DNA of 62,935 bases, filler included, from Octopus bimaculoides (GCF_001194135.2; 5 parts of 4 records of this genome joined end to end with filler, not necessarily neighbours in it); one strand, 5' to 3'; counted from the first letter of the whole stretch, positions 26,315-40,534 are shown. Notes: a model not told the origin generated them from the sequence alone. A program made the numbers and translations.

Positions 26315-26639
26315 TTTTTAATTCTGTTCTTCCAATATGGAAAAAATATATTTAACTGAAAAGAAAAAAGAAAAATATAAATAAAATTGTTGTTTGTTTT
26401 AGATTATTAAATACTTAGAGAAAAATATTTAACTCTTTTGAGTTTCTATTAAAATATATATAGTGCTGTGTTTCAATATTAATTTCAAAAATAATGAAGA
26501 ATTTAGTAAATTAACTCTTGTTATTAAGCGTGTGTTTGGAACAGAAATTAACATGAAATTTTGAGGGAAGATTTTAACTTATATCATTTTAACCCTTTTG
26601 TTACCATATATATATAAATATATAAATATATTTATTCAT

Positions 26640-26932
26640 ACTCTTTTACTCTTTTACTTGTTTCAGTCAGTTGACTGTGGCCATGCTGGAGCTCCACCTT
26701 TAGTCAAGCAAATCGAATCCAGGACTTATTTTTTGTAAGCCTAGTACTTATTCTATCGGTCTCTTTTGCCGAACCGCTAAAGTTACGGGGACGTAAACAC
26801 ACCAGCATCGTTTGTCAAGCGATGTTGGGGGACAAACACAGACACGCAAACATATACACACACATACATATATATACATATATATGACAGACTTTCAGTT
26901 TCCGTCTACCAAATCCACTCACAAGGCTTTGT
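26640..26932 (-). mobile_element. SINE family 1
   Basis: Close match to 4413-4687. Confidence 0.85.
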
Positions 26933-27139
26933 TCAGCGGCACTATACAAGAGAGATCGCCACAGTCCAACAGATGAACTACAGGGAGCGACTGAAGGCAC
27001 NNNNNNNNNNNNNNNNNNNNNNNNNNNNNNNNNNNNNNNNNNNNNNNNNNNNNNNNNNNNNNNNNNNNNNNNNNNNNNNNNNNNNNNNNNNNNNNNNNNN
27101 ATACATACACACACACACACACACAAACGCATATATATT

Positions 27140-27460
27140 ATGGCCTCAGGCCGGCCAAACCTTTGTGAGTGGATTTCGTACACCGAACCTGAAAGAAGAC
27201 TGAAATAAGATATACATGTATATATTTGTGTGTGCGTGCATGTGTATGTGTGTTTGTGTATGTGTCTGTCTATGTCTGTCCTCCACCATTGCTTGACAAC
27301 CAATGTAGTTGTGTTTACGTTCCCATAACTTAGCGGTTCGGTAAAAGACATTGATAGAATAAGTACGATGCTTACAAAGAATAAATCCTATGGACGATTT
27401 TTTCGACAAAAGGCGGTGCTCCAGCATGGCCACAGTCATTGAAACAAGTAAAACTATAAA
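27140..27460 (+). mobile_element. SINE family 1
   Basis: CCTTTGTGAGTGGATTT...GGCGGTGCTCCAGCATGGCCACAGTC. Confidence 0.85.
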
Positions 27461-28074
27461 AAAAACTATGCCATTTTAATCCCGAGGAAGGCCGGGTATC
27501 TCTGCTAGTATATATATAATAGAAACAGGTTGCAAAGGAAAGAATCTACACGTGGTATAAATAAAGGTAAAGTAAAAAGAAAAGAAGAAAATGCATACTA
27601 GGTATAAAAGTAATAGCTTTTTCATAAAAACAAAGATATATACATACAAATAAATGATTTGAGGTGGAATTAAGTAGTATAGAAATCATTATCATGAGTC
27701 AGTTTACAAAGTCATACTGGTTTCGTCACTGCTGTTCACTGACTTTTAATACATGTATTGTGACTTTTAAATAAATGATACTTATCTCTCACCAGATGAA
27801 ATACTCGTTTTGCTGAATTTTCTATCACGATCATCGTTCGATATTTACACATATATCATCTGTTTATATATATATATAGGCGCAGGAGTGGCGGTGTGGT
27901 AAGTNNNNNNNNNNNNNNNNNNNNNNNNNNNNNNNNNNNNNNNNNNNNTTAATTAATTAANNNNNNNNNNNNNNNNNNNNNNNNNNNNNNNNNNNNNNNN
28001 NNNNTGTGTGTGTGTGCGTTCATGTGTGTGTTTGCGTTCGCATGCTTGTGTGTTTACATCTATATGTAGGTGTA

Positions 28075-28118
<44 letters not shown>

Positions 28119-28239
28119 GCCCAATACTGCATTGTATGAATATATGTATTAAAATGTATATTGTATATTTTGAATATACAAATGTAAGATTTTAGCATTT
28201 TCTGTGAGTTTCTATGAATTTTCACGCCTTGTACTTGAG

Positions 28240-28400
28240 ATCTTGAGATATTTTTCTACAACATCTTTGATGATAACCAATCCAGGTATAATTAAAGTGA
28301 TTGCTTCTGTTGTCAAGCTCCACATTTTTGATAACTTTGTGTAAATCCAGCGTAAGTATTATATTCTAGACATCCAATACCTGGGCATGACTGAAGTTAT
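28240..28400 (-). mobile_element. Possible R4/Dong-like (REL endonuclease) LINE C-terminal remnant
   Basis: Minus-strand KMWSLTTEAITLIIPGLVIIKDVVEKYL resembles the C-termini of these elements; short and degraded. Confidence 0.35.
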
Positions 28401-28499
28401 CTCGTCGTCCGAGATAGACAGACATAGATAGAATGACAGAGAGAGGAGGAGAAGCAAAAGAGAGGGACAGAGAGATAGGTCACACACAGACTGAGGAAG

Positions 28500-28720
28500 C
28501 CTCAAATTCATGATGACTTGTGGACGCCTGAATATGTATGCGCTTTTGGTGGATATACATTCTTTGTTTGCGAATTAAGGCGACCATTGGTTTCATCTCA
28601 GTGTCTTAACAATTTTATAAGCCGTTCACACGGAGAAAGGTTTTCGCCTCCATTTTGGAAAACACAGTCTCGTTTTGTTCGCGGAGATACTCGTTAATTC
28701 TCTTGAATAAAACATGTTTA
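28500..28720 (-). mobile_element. PLE 3'-terminal remnant related to 9370-9500
   Basis: Shares ACCATTGGTTTC...AGTGTCTTAA...GGAGAAAGG with 9421-9510. Confidence 0.55.
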
Positions 28721-29518
28721 TATATTTATACATTTATTCACTTCACCACATCCGCACATATGCTAATAGAGCATTTCTAATCGCATGGTACTCATTCAAC
28801 AAACATGCAACGCAATAGAAGCACACAGAGTGGGCATGTATGCCAGTATGCATGAGTCTATATACATATAGACTGACAAACAGATAGATACATATACATA
28901 TTTCTATACGTGTGTATATGTATATTTGTGCTTGTGTGTATCCTTGTATGTATGTAAGACTATACATGCAGATAATCATACACATATTCAAATGCACGGT
29001 CATCGTCACACACATTAAAACTGCAATGAACAATAATGCTGTGATATGATAGGAAGGTTCAATTCAAAACTTCCTACTTTCTGCGTTATTTTTGTTCAGA
29101 GACGCTATGCTCAGGTGTTCGAGACTTTTCAATGAGTGGGTATAATTATCAGGCGACGGCAGCAAGGTAGCCTTCTGACAAACACAATAGAAATTTATCA
29201 AATACATAATTAAAATATACAATAACAAGTACATGTATATTCAGCGCTTCATATTCCTGCATGCTGTGATATATTTTCGTATTTCACACTTTATTATGCA
29301 TATATAGATGCTTACGCAGAAACATACCAGTGCGCGCGCACACACACACGTACACACACACACTAAACACACTAATATATGCTAGATGCTCGTAATAAGC
29401 AGCATTATGCTAACAAGAAACGCGCACGTTTAGGTGTGTTTGCATTATGTGCATATATATGTATTCATATGTATATATATGTATACATGTAATAAATAAT
29501 TTTAAGCAAACATATATG

Positions 29519-29555
<37 letters not shown>

Positions 29556-30561
29556 TGTCATCTATTTATGTTTTTGTTTGCATATCTACGTATACATATA
29601 TATACAAATGTGTGTGTGTGCGTGTATGTGTATGTGTGTGTGTGTTTGAGTGTGTATGTGTCCTTCTGTGTGTCCATCAATGCGTATGTATTTTCTTGTA
29701 AAGCCGATTGTTCGTTGCTCTGTGTTTGCACTGGCTGAAAATTTTATCCCATCTGTTCGGTGGTCGTGGTTCTTAACATAATACATTAACTTCTCGTGCA
29801 TGATTTGATTAACATAAACACAATGTATATAATTCCTCCACTGGTACAAAGTGTGGTCTCTATAACGATATTTACATGTGACAAAGAAATATGTATCGCA
29901 AAATAACATAAATGCTCTAACTCTGTTCATTTTTACATTCATGCTGTATGTTTGGCCAACACATATTAAACTGTTGCATAGACATAAAAACCGTCATATC
30001 AAGAATATTTCCGTTATTATTAGATAAACACTTTCCTGACACACAAACTGTTAACATTCCTGAGCTGAACCTATGTCAAAGTCACCTATTCCTTCTTGCA
30101 TAACATTGTTTCTATAGTGAAGTTTTATACATTATCTCAAGAACCTCAATTCGAAATTTGTTATCCACTGAAACTCAAATCAAATATATTGTTAAATGTA
30201 GGGCTCTAATCAGAGTGCTCTTCTTTTGTCCATCAAAAAAAAAAAATAAATAAATAAATAAATAATAGAAGATAGGCAAAGAAACTGCCGCAAGATTTAT
30301 TCAGCGCTGACTTGGGTGAATAATCTACAGTTTTATTTAACATCTCTTCATGCACTTCAAAACATGAAAGAATGCACTCTAGCATGAAACTTCGAGCAAT
30401 ATTTCGGCGAATAATCAGCCTTACATAACTAAATAAATATATTCTGTTACATACAATGAGCCTATAGATACACAACAAACTGCATGAGTACCAATCTTAA
30501 GAAGATGGGCTTCACAAAACCAGAAAGAACACGGTTAATTGAAGAGCCATGGCTACCAGCT

Positions 30562-30877
30562 GGAGGCGCAATGGCCCAGTGGTTAGGGCAGCGGACTCGC
30601 GGTCGGAGGATCGCGGTTTCGATTCCCAGACCGGGTGTTGTGAGTGTTTATTGAGCGAAAACATCTAAGCTCCACAAGGCTCCAGCAGGGAGTGGTGGCG
30701 ACCCCTATTGTACTCTTTCACCCCAACTTTCTCTCAGTCTTTCTCCCTGCTTTTTTAGTAACGCTGCGATGGACTGGCGTCCCATCCAATTGGGGGCAAC
30801 ACATACGCCATAGAAATCGGAAAACCGGGCCCATGAACCTAGCTAGGCTTTGAAAGGGCGACGTTTATCGTTTTATA
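30562..30877 (+). mobile_element. Full-length tRNA-derived SINE, family 4, with 10-bp target-site duplication
   Basis: TGGCCCAGTGG A-box and GGTTTCGATTCC B-box; TSD GCTACCAGCT at 30552-61 and 30878-87; contains a V-domain-like motif CTGCGATGGACTGGCG. Confidence 0.9.
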
Positions 30878-32445
30878 GCTACCAGCTAGGAAAAACCAGT
30901 GGAAACATGTAAAACATTTCAGGAATTTATCATACGACACACATATTACATACTCATACACGAATAGGTTGGCCCACATGAACTTAAGCGGTGAACTTTT
31001 AGTTCATCAAACAAGTTATACAATCCTTGAGAGTGTACAACGACCCAACAGGTTGATAGCATACAGATTTATTTCGATTAAAAGAAAGAAGGAGAAAGAA
31101 GGAAACAAAGAATACATTCCAAATGAAATTTACTAGTTATTTCTGTTTCGTTGACTGTTTCCTTCGTGAACTGCTGTTTTATTTGATGCTAGCTACGCGT
31201 TTATCCACAGAACATACAGCAATCGTTGTCGTAACAAGTGGTTGATATATAAAAGTATAAAGAATAGAATGGAACACATGGTCGATATATAAATACAACG
31301 GAGAAATACTAGATTTAGAAAGATTGTGGAAATACTCATACAGTGGTCTACAGTATAGGGAATAATATGTTAGGACATTTAAACACCAGTTGCTTTGATG
31401 AGGATAGACACGCGGAACTCGGCATTTCACAAAAAACATGCACAAATACACACGATCACACATGTGCGCGCGCACACAACCACCTACGTATGTATGTATG
31501 TATGTATGTATGTATGTATGTATTTATGTATGTATGCATATATGTATATATATATATATATATATCTATATCTNNNNNNNNNNNNNNNNNNNNNNNNNNN
31601 NNNNNNNNNNNNNNNNNNNNNNNNNNNNNNNNNNNNNNNNNNNNNNNNNNNNNNNNNNNNNNNNNNNNNNNNNNNNNNNNNNNNNNNNNNNNNNNNNNNN
31701 NNNNNNNNNNNNNNNNNNNNNNNNNNNNNNNNNNNNNNNNNNNNNNNNNNNNNNNNNNNNNNNNNNNNNNNNNNNNNNNNNNNNNNNNNNNNNNNNNNNN
31801 NNNNNNNNNNNNNNNNNNNNNNNNNNNNNNNNNNNNNNNNNNNNNNNNNNNNNNNNNNNNNNNNNNNNNNNNNNNNNNNNNNNNNNNNNNNNNNNNNNNN
31901 NNNNNNNNNNNNNNNNNNNNNNNNNNNNNNNNNNNNNNNNNNNNNNNNNNNNNNNNNNNNNNNNNNNNNNNNNNNNNNNNNNNNNNNNNNNNNNNNNNNN
32001 NNNNNNNNNNNNNNNNNNNNNNNNNNNNNNNNNNNNNNNNNNNNNNNNNNNNNNNNNNNNNNNNNNNNNNNNNNNNNNNNNNNNNNNNNNNNNNNNNNNN
32101 NNNNNNNNNNNNNNNNNNNNNNNNNNNNNNNNNNNNNNNNNNNNNNNNNNNNNNNNNNNNNNNNNNNNNNNNNNNNNNNNNNNNNNNNNNNNNNNNNNNN
32201 NNNNNNNNNNNNNNNNNNNNNNNNNNNNNNNNNNNNNNNNNNNNNNNNNNNNNNNNNNNNNNNNNNNNNNNNNNNNNNNNNNNNNNNNNNNNNNNNNNNN
32301 NNNNNNNNNNNNNNNNNNNNNNNNNNNNNNNNNNNNNNNNNNNNNNNNNNNNNNNNNNNNNNNNNNNNNNNNNNNNNNNNNNNNNNNNNNNNNNNNNNNN
32401 NNNNNNNNNNNNNNNNNNNNNNNNNNNNNNNNNNNNNNNNNNNNA

Positions 32446-32850
32446 CTGAAATCCCAGAACCACAAACAGTAAGAGATCTGGGCATCAACATGTGTAGTGA
32501 TGCATCATTTCACATGCACATTGTCAAGTTGACAGCAAAGTGCAGACAACTGGCAGGGTGGATACTGAGGACATTCCGTACAAGGGATCAAAAAGTCATG
32601 TTGACTCTATGGAAGACATTTGTTCTGAGCCGCCTAGACTATTGCTCTCAGTTGTGGTCACCACAGTGTTAAGCGGACAGCAGAACCCGAGGCAATTCAG
32701 CGGCACTATACAAAAAAGATCGCCACAGTCCAACAGATGAACTACAGGGAGCGACTGAAGGCATTAGGTCTTTACTCCCTGGAGCGCAGGCGGGAGAGAT
32801 ATGTAATAATATACATATGGAAAATACTGGAAGGACTGGTGCCTCGAATA
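32446..32850 (+). mobile_element. CR1/L2-group LINE RT C-terminal remnant
   Basis: VRDLGINM...ILRTFRTRDQKVMLTLWKTFVLSRLDYCSQLWSP...YRERLKALGLYSLERRRERY...KILEGLV. A 68-bp copy of the same sequence lies at 26933-27000. Confidence 0.9.
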
Positions 32851-34025
32851 TCAATATAAAGCATATATCAATGCACAGATCTGCTTATTCTGGTAATCAC
32901 AAACCGCAAGAGCTGTCTTAACTGAAACTAAAGTGCCTCGTCATTTGGTTTAAAGACCGGCTTGTATTCTGCAAAGGAAAAACAAATCAGAATTATTCCA
33001 AAGAAAAATGCATGCATGCATACATACTCAGGAAAATGGAATGTTCTGAAAAGAACACAAGAAAGAATAGAAGTGACGAAATATATTCAAGTCAGATAGA
33101 AAAAGAGAATAGGATATCAATATATGATAGATATCTTATTGACGGTAAGTGACAGAAGACGATATGACAGAGAAATACTAAATGGTTCAGAAATCAAAGA
33201 AAGAAAATAAAAGGAATTACAAAGACCTCAACGAGAAATGTTGGAACGATGAAATGTCGGAGTTGGAGAGAATATGACGTAAACATCCATGAAACGAAAA
33301 ATAAGATGTGGAAAGAAAAAGAAATGAATTTGCGTGTAAGCTGAAAGACGAAATATCAGTTAATAGATGGTAATGAATTCATTAGAGAATTGTAGAAAAT
33401 ACACAAGTCTATTGGTAGGTCGTATATTTAATCACTGACATGCGTACACACATGCAAATACATCTATATAGAGAGATTTAAAATCAAAATAAGCAACAAA
33501 ATATCCAGAGGTAATGCAGTACGATCGTTTCAAGCGACTCCATTTAATTGAACAATGCAATCATTACATCAATTTAAATTCAGAGCTATCCTCAGCTGCA
33601 TAAATACATAGAATTGAATTAAATTAAATTAAACCAGATGGACACATTAGTATAATTTTACCCAAAACCTCCAAGAAGGTAAGGAGATAGACAAAGATCA
33701 TGCTGTCTTCACTTCAGCTTAGAAGCTACTAAGGCATGAGGAAAAAACTTGTTAGAGAACTAGCTTCTTACTTTTCTTAATCCTGAAAGTTCAGCACCTT
33801 TTAATAGTGGTAATAATGATAGTTTGAGTAATAGAAGGACTACTAACTTGCATTACCTCTGGATATCCTGTTGCTTATTTTCATTTTAATCACCTTATAG
33901 ACAGATTTATGTAGATGTGTGTGTGTGTATGTGTGTTTCTATGAGCGTATAAGTATATTTATTTGTTTACGCCTATGGTGACTACGATGACGAAACTATC
34001 AACATCATTATAAAGACAATGATAA

Positions 34026-34083
<58 letters not shown>

Positions 34084-34087
34084 TCAA

Positions 34088-34130
<43 letters not shown>

Positions 34131-34758
34131 GTTGCTCCTGCTATTACTACTACTACCACTACTGCTGCTGTTACTGCTGCTATCTATACATAAACATGAT
34201 AAATTTACTCTCCAACATTTTCTTTTCGTTTTTTATACCTATTTGTTTATTCACGTTTCCACATACACAAATAAATGAATAGATATAGATAGGTATTTTA
34301 TTTGTTTCTATAAACTTTTATTATATCTTATGCATTCAGAAAAGAAGGAAAATACAAAGTTGCCACACCTTATGAAGCTTGGCTGTTTAGCGATAGTATA
34401 AGTAGACATAAAACGTTCGTGGTTTAGTTGTATGGTCGTATGACGGATGATTAGGAAGGCCATAAAATATATCACATTGTCAATGTATAGAGTGAAATGT
34501 CAAGTCTTTTGTATGTCTTTGTCCTGTTGTGTTTGGTAGTTTTTTTTATAGATTTCTTTCTTCACCTTTGTTGCTGTTTCTCTCTTCTTTTCTACTGTTA
34601 GGCTTTTATTTAGCTTTTGCTTATTTTATGTATATAAATGTATGTGTATGTATATTTATGTATATGTGAGTGTATATACGTACACTTTATGTACACTTCA
34701 CTCATATATGTGGGTATGTATGTGCATATGCATGTGTGTATACTTGTGTATATGCATA

Positions 34759-35546
34759 CGAGGTCTGATCAATAAGTATCCGGACTGTTGCCATATTAAC
34801 GAAGATAATGCATGCAGCGTGAATCGTTTACTATATTTTAACGATATTTTAACGTTTATAGCAGTGCTTGGAAGAAACGTGTTTAGCATGTGATCGTCGC
34901 ATTGACCATGACAGAGAAAGTTCTCATGGCGATACCTGTTCAGAGGCCTACGCAAAGCTGCAGAAAGTGTATGAGCCGTACACAAATGGTTCACACGTTT
35001 GTAAGATGACAGAAAAAATGTCGATATTGACGAACGTTCTGGGAGACATGTAACCGGAAGAACTAAGAGAAACATGGCAGATGTGCGTGCAGATGTGACG
35101 GGAAATCGTCGAATCCCCAGAGGATGTGCTGATTAGTTACGGTTCAGTTCTGTCCATTATCACTGATGACTTCGGTGTGAGACGCGCGTCTGCTAGGTTT
35201 GTGCTAAAACTGATTTCAGCTGACCAAAACGACGCTCGTGTTTCAGTTGCAGACATCTCTTTGATTGTGTCGAGAACGATGAAAACTTTTATAAAATTTG
35301 CGTAGGCCTCGGCAAAAGTTGATGCAGATTCACTGCTTAACTTTCTCTACCACGGTCAATATGCGGCGATCACACGCTACACGCTTTCCTTCCAAGCACT
35401 GCTGTAAAGAGCGGAAGTGACTAGAGTGTTACACCTTAGTGCGCATGCACAACAGAGTTCAAGATCAGTCTGTTACAAGCGGTTTCACTCTCCATGCTTT
35501 AGCGCCATAACTAAAACAACAGTCCAAATACTTATTGATCAAATCA
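34759..35546 (+). mobile_element. mariner-like internally deleted element (788 bp)
   Basis: TIRs CGAGGTCTGATCAATAAGTATCCGGACTGTTG and CAACAGTCCAAATACTTATTGATCAAATCA with flanking TA; residual N-terminal transposase (SEAYAKLQKVY...KWFTR...DERSGR; RRVSARFV). Confidence 0.85.
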
Positions 35547-36044
35547 TATATATGTATGCGGATGAATATGTGTATGTATGTAACTATGAGTGAATAAGTA
35601 TATATATATGGTATGCGTGTGTGCACTCACTACACACTACACACACTTATCTGTGTCTATGTGTTTATGTATATTTGTATACATGCATGTATGTGCGTAT
35701 GAATGTACGCTTTCTGGTTTAAGTTTTAGTGTTTACTTCAACTGATCGCCTGTTACTGGCAACGTCATAAGCAAAATCTAAGACAAACATATTCTTCAGC
35801 AACTTTTGCATAACCATTCACATTTAAATATTTCGAAAGTCTCGTAGAATTCGTTATCCCACCAGCATTAATCTTTCGCGTATACAGTATTATGAAGCCA
35901 CATCCTTTCTCCGATAATTCAAGGACAGATGTTCATGGATTCAAGAAGGGTGGCAGAAATTTTGTTCTTTTGTTCATAAAGAATGTATAACTGCGTATAG
36001 ATAGCTACTGGATTTGTCAAACAATCATTATTAATACAGCGATA

Positions 36045-36175
36045 ATTCCGTCGGGGTCGACTTTGCCTTTCATCCTTTCGGGTTCAATGAATTAAGTACC
36101 AGTAAAACACTGGGGTCGGTGTAATGGACTAATCCCCTGTCGTCAACTTTCAAGCCTTGTCACTTTGGTAGAACG
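36045..36175 (+). mobile_element. SINE family 3 fragment
   Basis: GGGGTCGACTTTGCCTTTCATCCTTTCGGG...AAGTACCAGT...CACTGGGGTCG; a related piece lies at 36520-36610. Confidence 0.6.
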
Positions 36176-36624
36176 GATTATTAATACAACGATATCTTCT
36201 CTGTACATATCGCAAAAATCGCTTGTGGACAACTGAATTCTACAATAATAAAAGTTTTGTTGCAATTTTTCTAACCAAATTGTTTTGGTCCATCAGGCTA
36301 AAAGAGTGTTTTAAACCTATATTCTTTTTCTTTTATTCCCTACAACTGTGAATAAGGCGGTATGATTTCTAAGCAGATGTTTTCATGTGATCGTTTGCTC
36401 GTAGTTGGCAACAATGGGCCCAATATGTTCAGTTTGGAACTTGCATAACTTACATTCGTTTGTGATGTTCTGTTTTTATTTATTTATTTATTGTTGTCAT
36501 TTGGAAAACTTTTGAGAGAATAAGATAAGTACCAATTGAGCACTGGATTCAATTTAATCAGTTAGGCTCCATCTCCCAAAATTTCGAGTCTTGAGCCTAT
36601 AGGGAAAAGAATGAATTATAATTA

Positions 36625-37474
36625 ATTGAACATTCGGCAGGTAGTGCATGAAGACATTAGGCATTCCTCATACGAGATGAGAAAGGGTAAATTTTTATCC
36701 TAAGCCATCAAGGACAAGAGGAAAGACCGCATTACTTTCGAAAAAGCTCAAGCATCCCCTCCAACAGAACATGCTTTGGTTTTTCTCATTCGCGAAAAAA
36801 TTCTCAGAGAATCTGATGGTGAGGACTCAGAACAACCGTTGACTTGCCATGTCCCCAAAACATGTACTTATGATGAGTGATAAAAATCAAACATCCACTC
36901 AATACGATGGTATTTGGAGTGATCACTAGTGATGGTGACGTTATACTTCCATTCACCTTCCCACACGGGGGCATATATTAAGTGTCTGGAGGAGGTAGTA
37001 CTTCCCTGCGTGAAGAGGGTGGCTGTTGAAAGAAACTGTCTGAGAACAGGACTCTGCACCATGCCACACAAGCAGGAGAGCTCAGTCATGTCTGTCAGAT
37101 AATTTCTGCAAACACACCACCTCTATCATCCGGCCACCTAACTCTCCAGATTGCAACCCCTTGGTTATTATGCATGGGGCACATTCGAGCGAGAGACCAA
37201 CAAAACGACTTGTAACACCAAAGACGAACTTAAGGCAATGATTATGACAGCATTCACCAACTTAAACAAGGAGACGGTCCAGAAGAGTTATAAGAGATTC
37301 TGAAGTCGTCTGGAGGCCGTGGTTGAAGCAAATGGCGATTTTATTGAATAAATTTACTCTTTAGTGTCTCAAGATACGTTAATGTAATTTTGGTAAATAA
37401 ATCTGTTAAGAAGAAATGTCAGTGCTATTTTCATTTTCGCGTAATTTAGACGACAATTTATACACCATACCCTG
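36625..37474 (+). mobile_element. maT-type (DD37D) Tc1/mariner transposase remnant with 3' TIR
   Basis: MVFGVITSDG...QDSAPCHTSRRAQ...PPNSPDCNPL(D)YY gives 37-residue spacing; RLEAVVEANGDFIE*; ends ...ATACCCTG-TA. Confidence 0.85.
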
Positions 37475-37750
37475 TATATATATATNNNNNNNNNNNNNNN
37501 NNNNNNNNNNNNNNNNNNNNNNNNNNNNNNNNNNNNNNNNNNNNNNNNNNNNNNNNNNNNNNNNNNNNNNNNNNNNNNNNNNNNNNNNNNNNNNNNNNNN
37601 NNNNNNNNNNNNNNNNNNNNNNNNNNNNNNNNNNNNNNNNNNNNNNNNNNNNNNNNNNNNNNNNNNNNNNNNNNNNNNNNNNNNNNNNNNNNNNNNNNNN
37701 NNNNNNNNNNNNNNNNNNNNNNNNNNNNNNNNNNNNNNNATATATATATA

Positions 37751-38753
37751 TATAAGGAAAATAAGACAAAGCAGAAAATGCTAAAATAATTTTATCATTA
37801 AGACTTTTTCAACTAAGAGTAAGATTTTAAAAAAATTAAAAATTTATAGAGGGGAAAAATTCTCAAGTTTGGTTGTTCGTCAGTGGCGCAAATACCATGT
37901 GCTCGCTTAATCCTATTTTTCTGTATTCCCGTATTTTATTCTGGGATTTATGTACCGTCATCCTCTGACGTAAATTGTTTTTAGTTTGACCAATATATTG
38001 TTCTCGACACCCTGAGCAAGTTAATACATATATTAGGTTTTCCGAAGCACATGTGAAGTTGTTTTTCACTGTAAAACGTTGATCCTGTTTGAAGGAGAAT
38101 TCCATCTCCCAATTAGTTTGACGATTATACCATAGTTAGGTCTACCGCATATTTTTGCTGTCGGTTTCGATGTTGTTGACGTGTGTAGCTGGGCTTATGT
38201 TAGAAGACTTTTCATTGACTTGAGCTGTCTTTTGCTCTTTATGATGTTGCGCGTTTGGAGGATTTGATCCATTCTATATACCCTTTTTAGTAAAGAGATG
38301 TTCTGGAGAATAGTGTCGAATGCCTTATTATTTAGGGGGTTGTGCGTGGATATGTATGGTCGGGCTTTTGGCTGTAATTCATTCTTTAGCTTGGGGCGTC
38401 TGTGTTCGTGGATGTTGCGTTGTAGGGCACTTTGAAAGCTTATGTCAATTAGTGATGGGAGGTAGTTCCTGCTGATGTGTGTATCCTTTAGGTCATTCAG
38501 TTGTGTGACCCTATTTAGTACTACCTACCTACCAAGCATTGACAAAGGAAGAGAGAGGGAGAGGGAGAGAGCAGACTATTTGTAGACTATGGAAATATTT
38601 ACAAAAAATTTTCACTTAAATTTTTTCGTCAATTTAATTGTTTTTCTTATTTTACTCTTACTTGAAAAAGTCTAAAAGACGGAAACCGGTACTAAAATTT
38701 TCTTCATGATAAAATTATTTTAGCATTTTCTACAATATCTTATCTTCCTTATA
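37751..38753 (-). mobile_element. Penelope-like element, 5'-truncated, GIY-YIG domain, with inverted terminal repeats
   Basis: FTCASENLIYVLTCSGCREQYIGQTKNNLRQRMTVH and upstream PYISTHNP; 37751-37825 and 38651-38753 are inverted copies. Confidence 0.88.
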
Positions 38754-39709
38754 CATATCAACTCGTGTGTTACTTTTCTACCTTCTACACACACACGCAC
38801 GCACACACACACACACGCACACACACACACACACACCCACACGCACACAGATATACGTACATAAATATATTTATTAACACACGCACACATACGCGTGTGC
38901 AAGTGTGAATATGTTGGTGATATATTGCTTTAGAATCCATAGCTGAGTATGGCAGCTGTTGTAGTTCGTTCGCTGGGTCAACGAGTTCATATCCACTTAT
39001 ATGCATTTTTTACACATGGAAACAAGAATTTAGTACAGCACATTTAAATTTATCCAAACGTTTCCAGCCTAGTAATACCTAAGCATAATTATGTTAGAGG
39101 TAATGTTTTTGATTTAGTTCCATACTGAAAACTGTTCGTAGTTCCTTCATGATGTAGATTACTTTCACTTTTTGACGTAATATCTATTACTACACTCAAG
39201 GTAGAATAGGCAACAAAGTTATATATAAGAAGGAGAATAGTTTTTAAAGATGTTCTCTTTTAAGACTGTAGATTCACTGCCGCTTAGGTATATATCCTTA
39301 TTACAAGAATCAGACACTTAAAAAAAATAATAAAAGAAAACTGTTACGAAAGCAATTATATATTTCACGTTTCTCTACAACTTTTTAATTTCTAAAATAG
39401 CCATGGAATTTTTCCTTCATACTAGTGGTTACTAAGAACACCTCAGCCACAACTCTGCATAGTCGATCGATCTACTAAAAGACATCAACCAAATTTTCAA
39501 ATAACCTGTCACCTTAAACAAGGGCGCGTCGCATAATATCGTCCTGTTTCACTGTATATAAGAAAACAGACTTTAATCCACCAGAGCTGCTCTGCGACCC
39601 AAAATACAAAAATAACTATCACCACCAATTGCTATGCAAACTTTGATTTGTGCTGTTCTCAGTATTATCATAGCTTTTCTTCTTTACTCGTCTCGAAATT
39701 CATTCCTGT

Positions 39710-40087
39710 CACTCTCTCCATGTAACAGCCATGACAAAGAACGTTATCTCTTCCATGTCTACCATTCCCAATAGCATTTCAACTGCTACGATCATCGCGA
39801 ATAGCATTACCACCATCCCCGGTACAACTACCACTAAAACCACCAGCGCTGCTGCCGCCACCACAATTACCACCAGCACCAGCACCACCACCACTGCCAC
39901 TACCATCACTGCCACCTCCACCACCATGTCACTACCATCACCACCGTTACTAATTTCGCCACTACAGGCACCACCATCTCCCAGTCTAGTACTATTAGCA
40001 ATACCAGCAACTTCATCAACAACGATCTTAGTAACAGCAACATTACCTCTAACAACACCCCACTGTCACTGCCGTCGTCACTACCAT

Positions 40088-40150
<63 letters not shown>

Positions 40151-40420
40151 CTGCATCAGTGCAAAGTCCACTTTTTTGCCAAAAACTGCCATCCCTTCCA
40201 TCCTATTACTCATGGTTACTCCGCCGCCGCCGCCACCGTCACCCTACGAAATGGAGATGTTTATAACTCAATTTGTTGACACTTCATGATGTAATTTCAA
40301 CAGCTGCAACTGCCAAGGAAATAAACCGTTAAAACAACAGCGAAAACAACAACAAGACCTACCATCACTACTGCTGCTGTTGCTATCATACCCCACCACC
40401 ACCACCACTACTACTACAAA

Positions 40421-40471
<51 letters not shown>

Positions 40472-40479
40472 CGCTGCTT

Positions 40480-40534
<55 letters not shown>

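Noticed and set aside
26933-27000. 68-bp CR1/L2 fragment fused to a SINE as a chimeric element
   Set aside because: It abuts a gap, so it cannot be distinguished from a truncated insertion or a misassembly.
30562-30640. tRNA gene
   Set aside because: A and B boxes are present, but it continues into a SINE body with a TSD and lacks a complete cloverleaf and terminator.
39731-40279. Mucin-like Thr/Ser ORF with a hydrophobic tail
   Set aside because: It grades into (TAC)n and (CAC)n microsatellites with no splice signals or domain, so it is low-complexity DNA.
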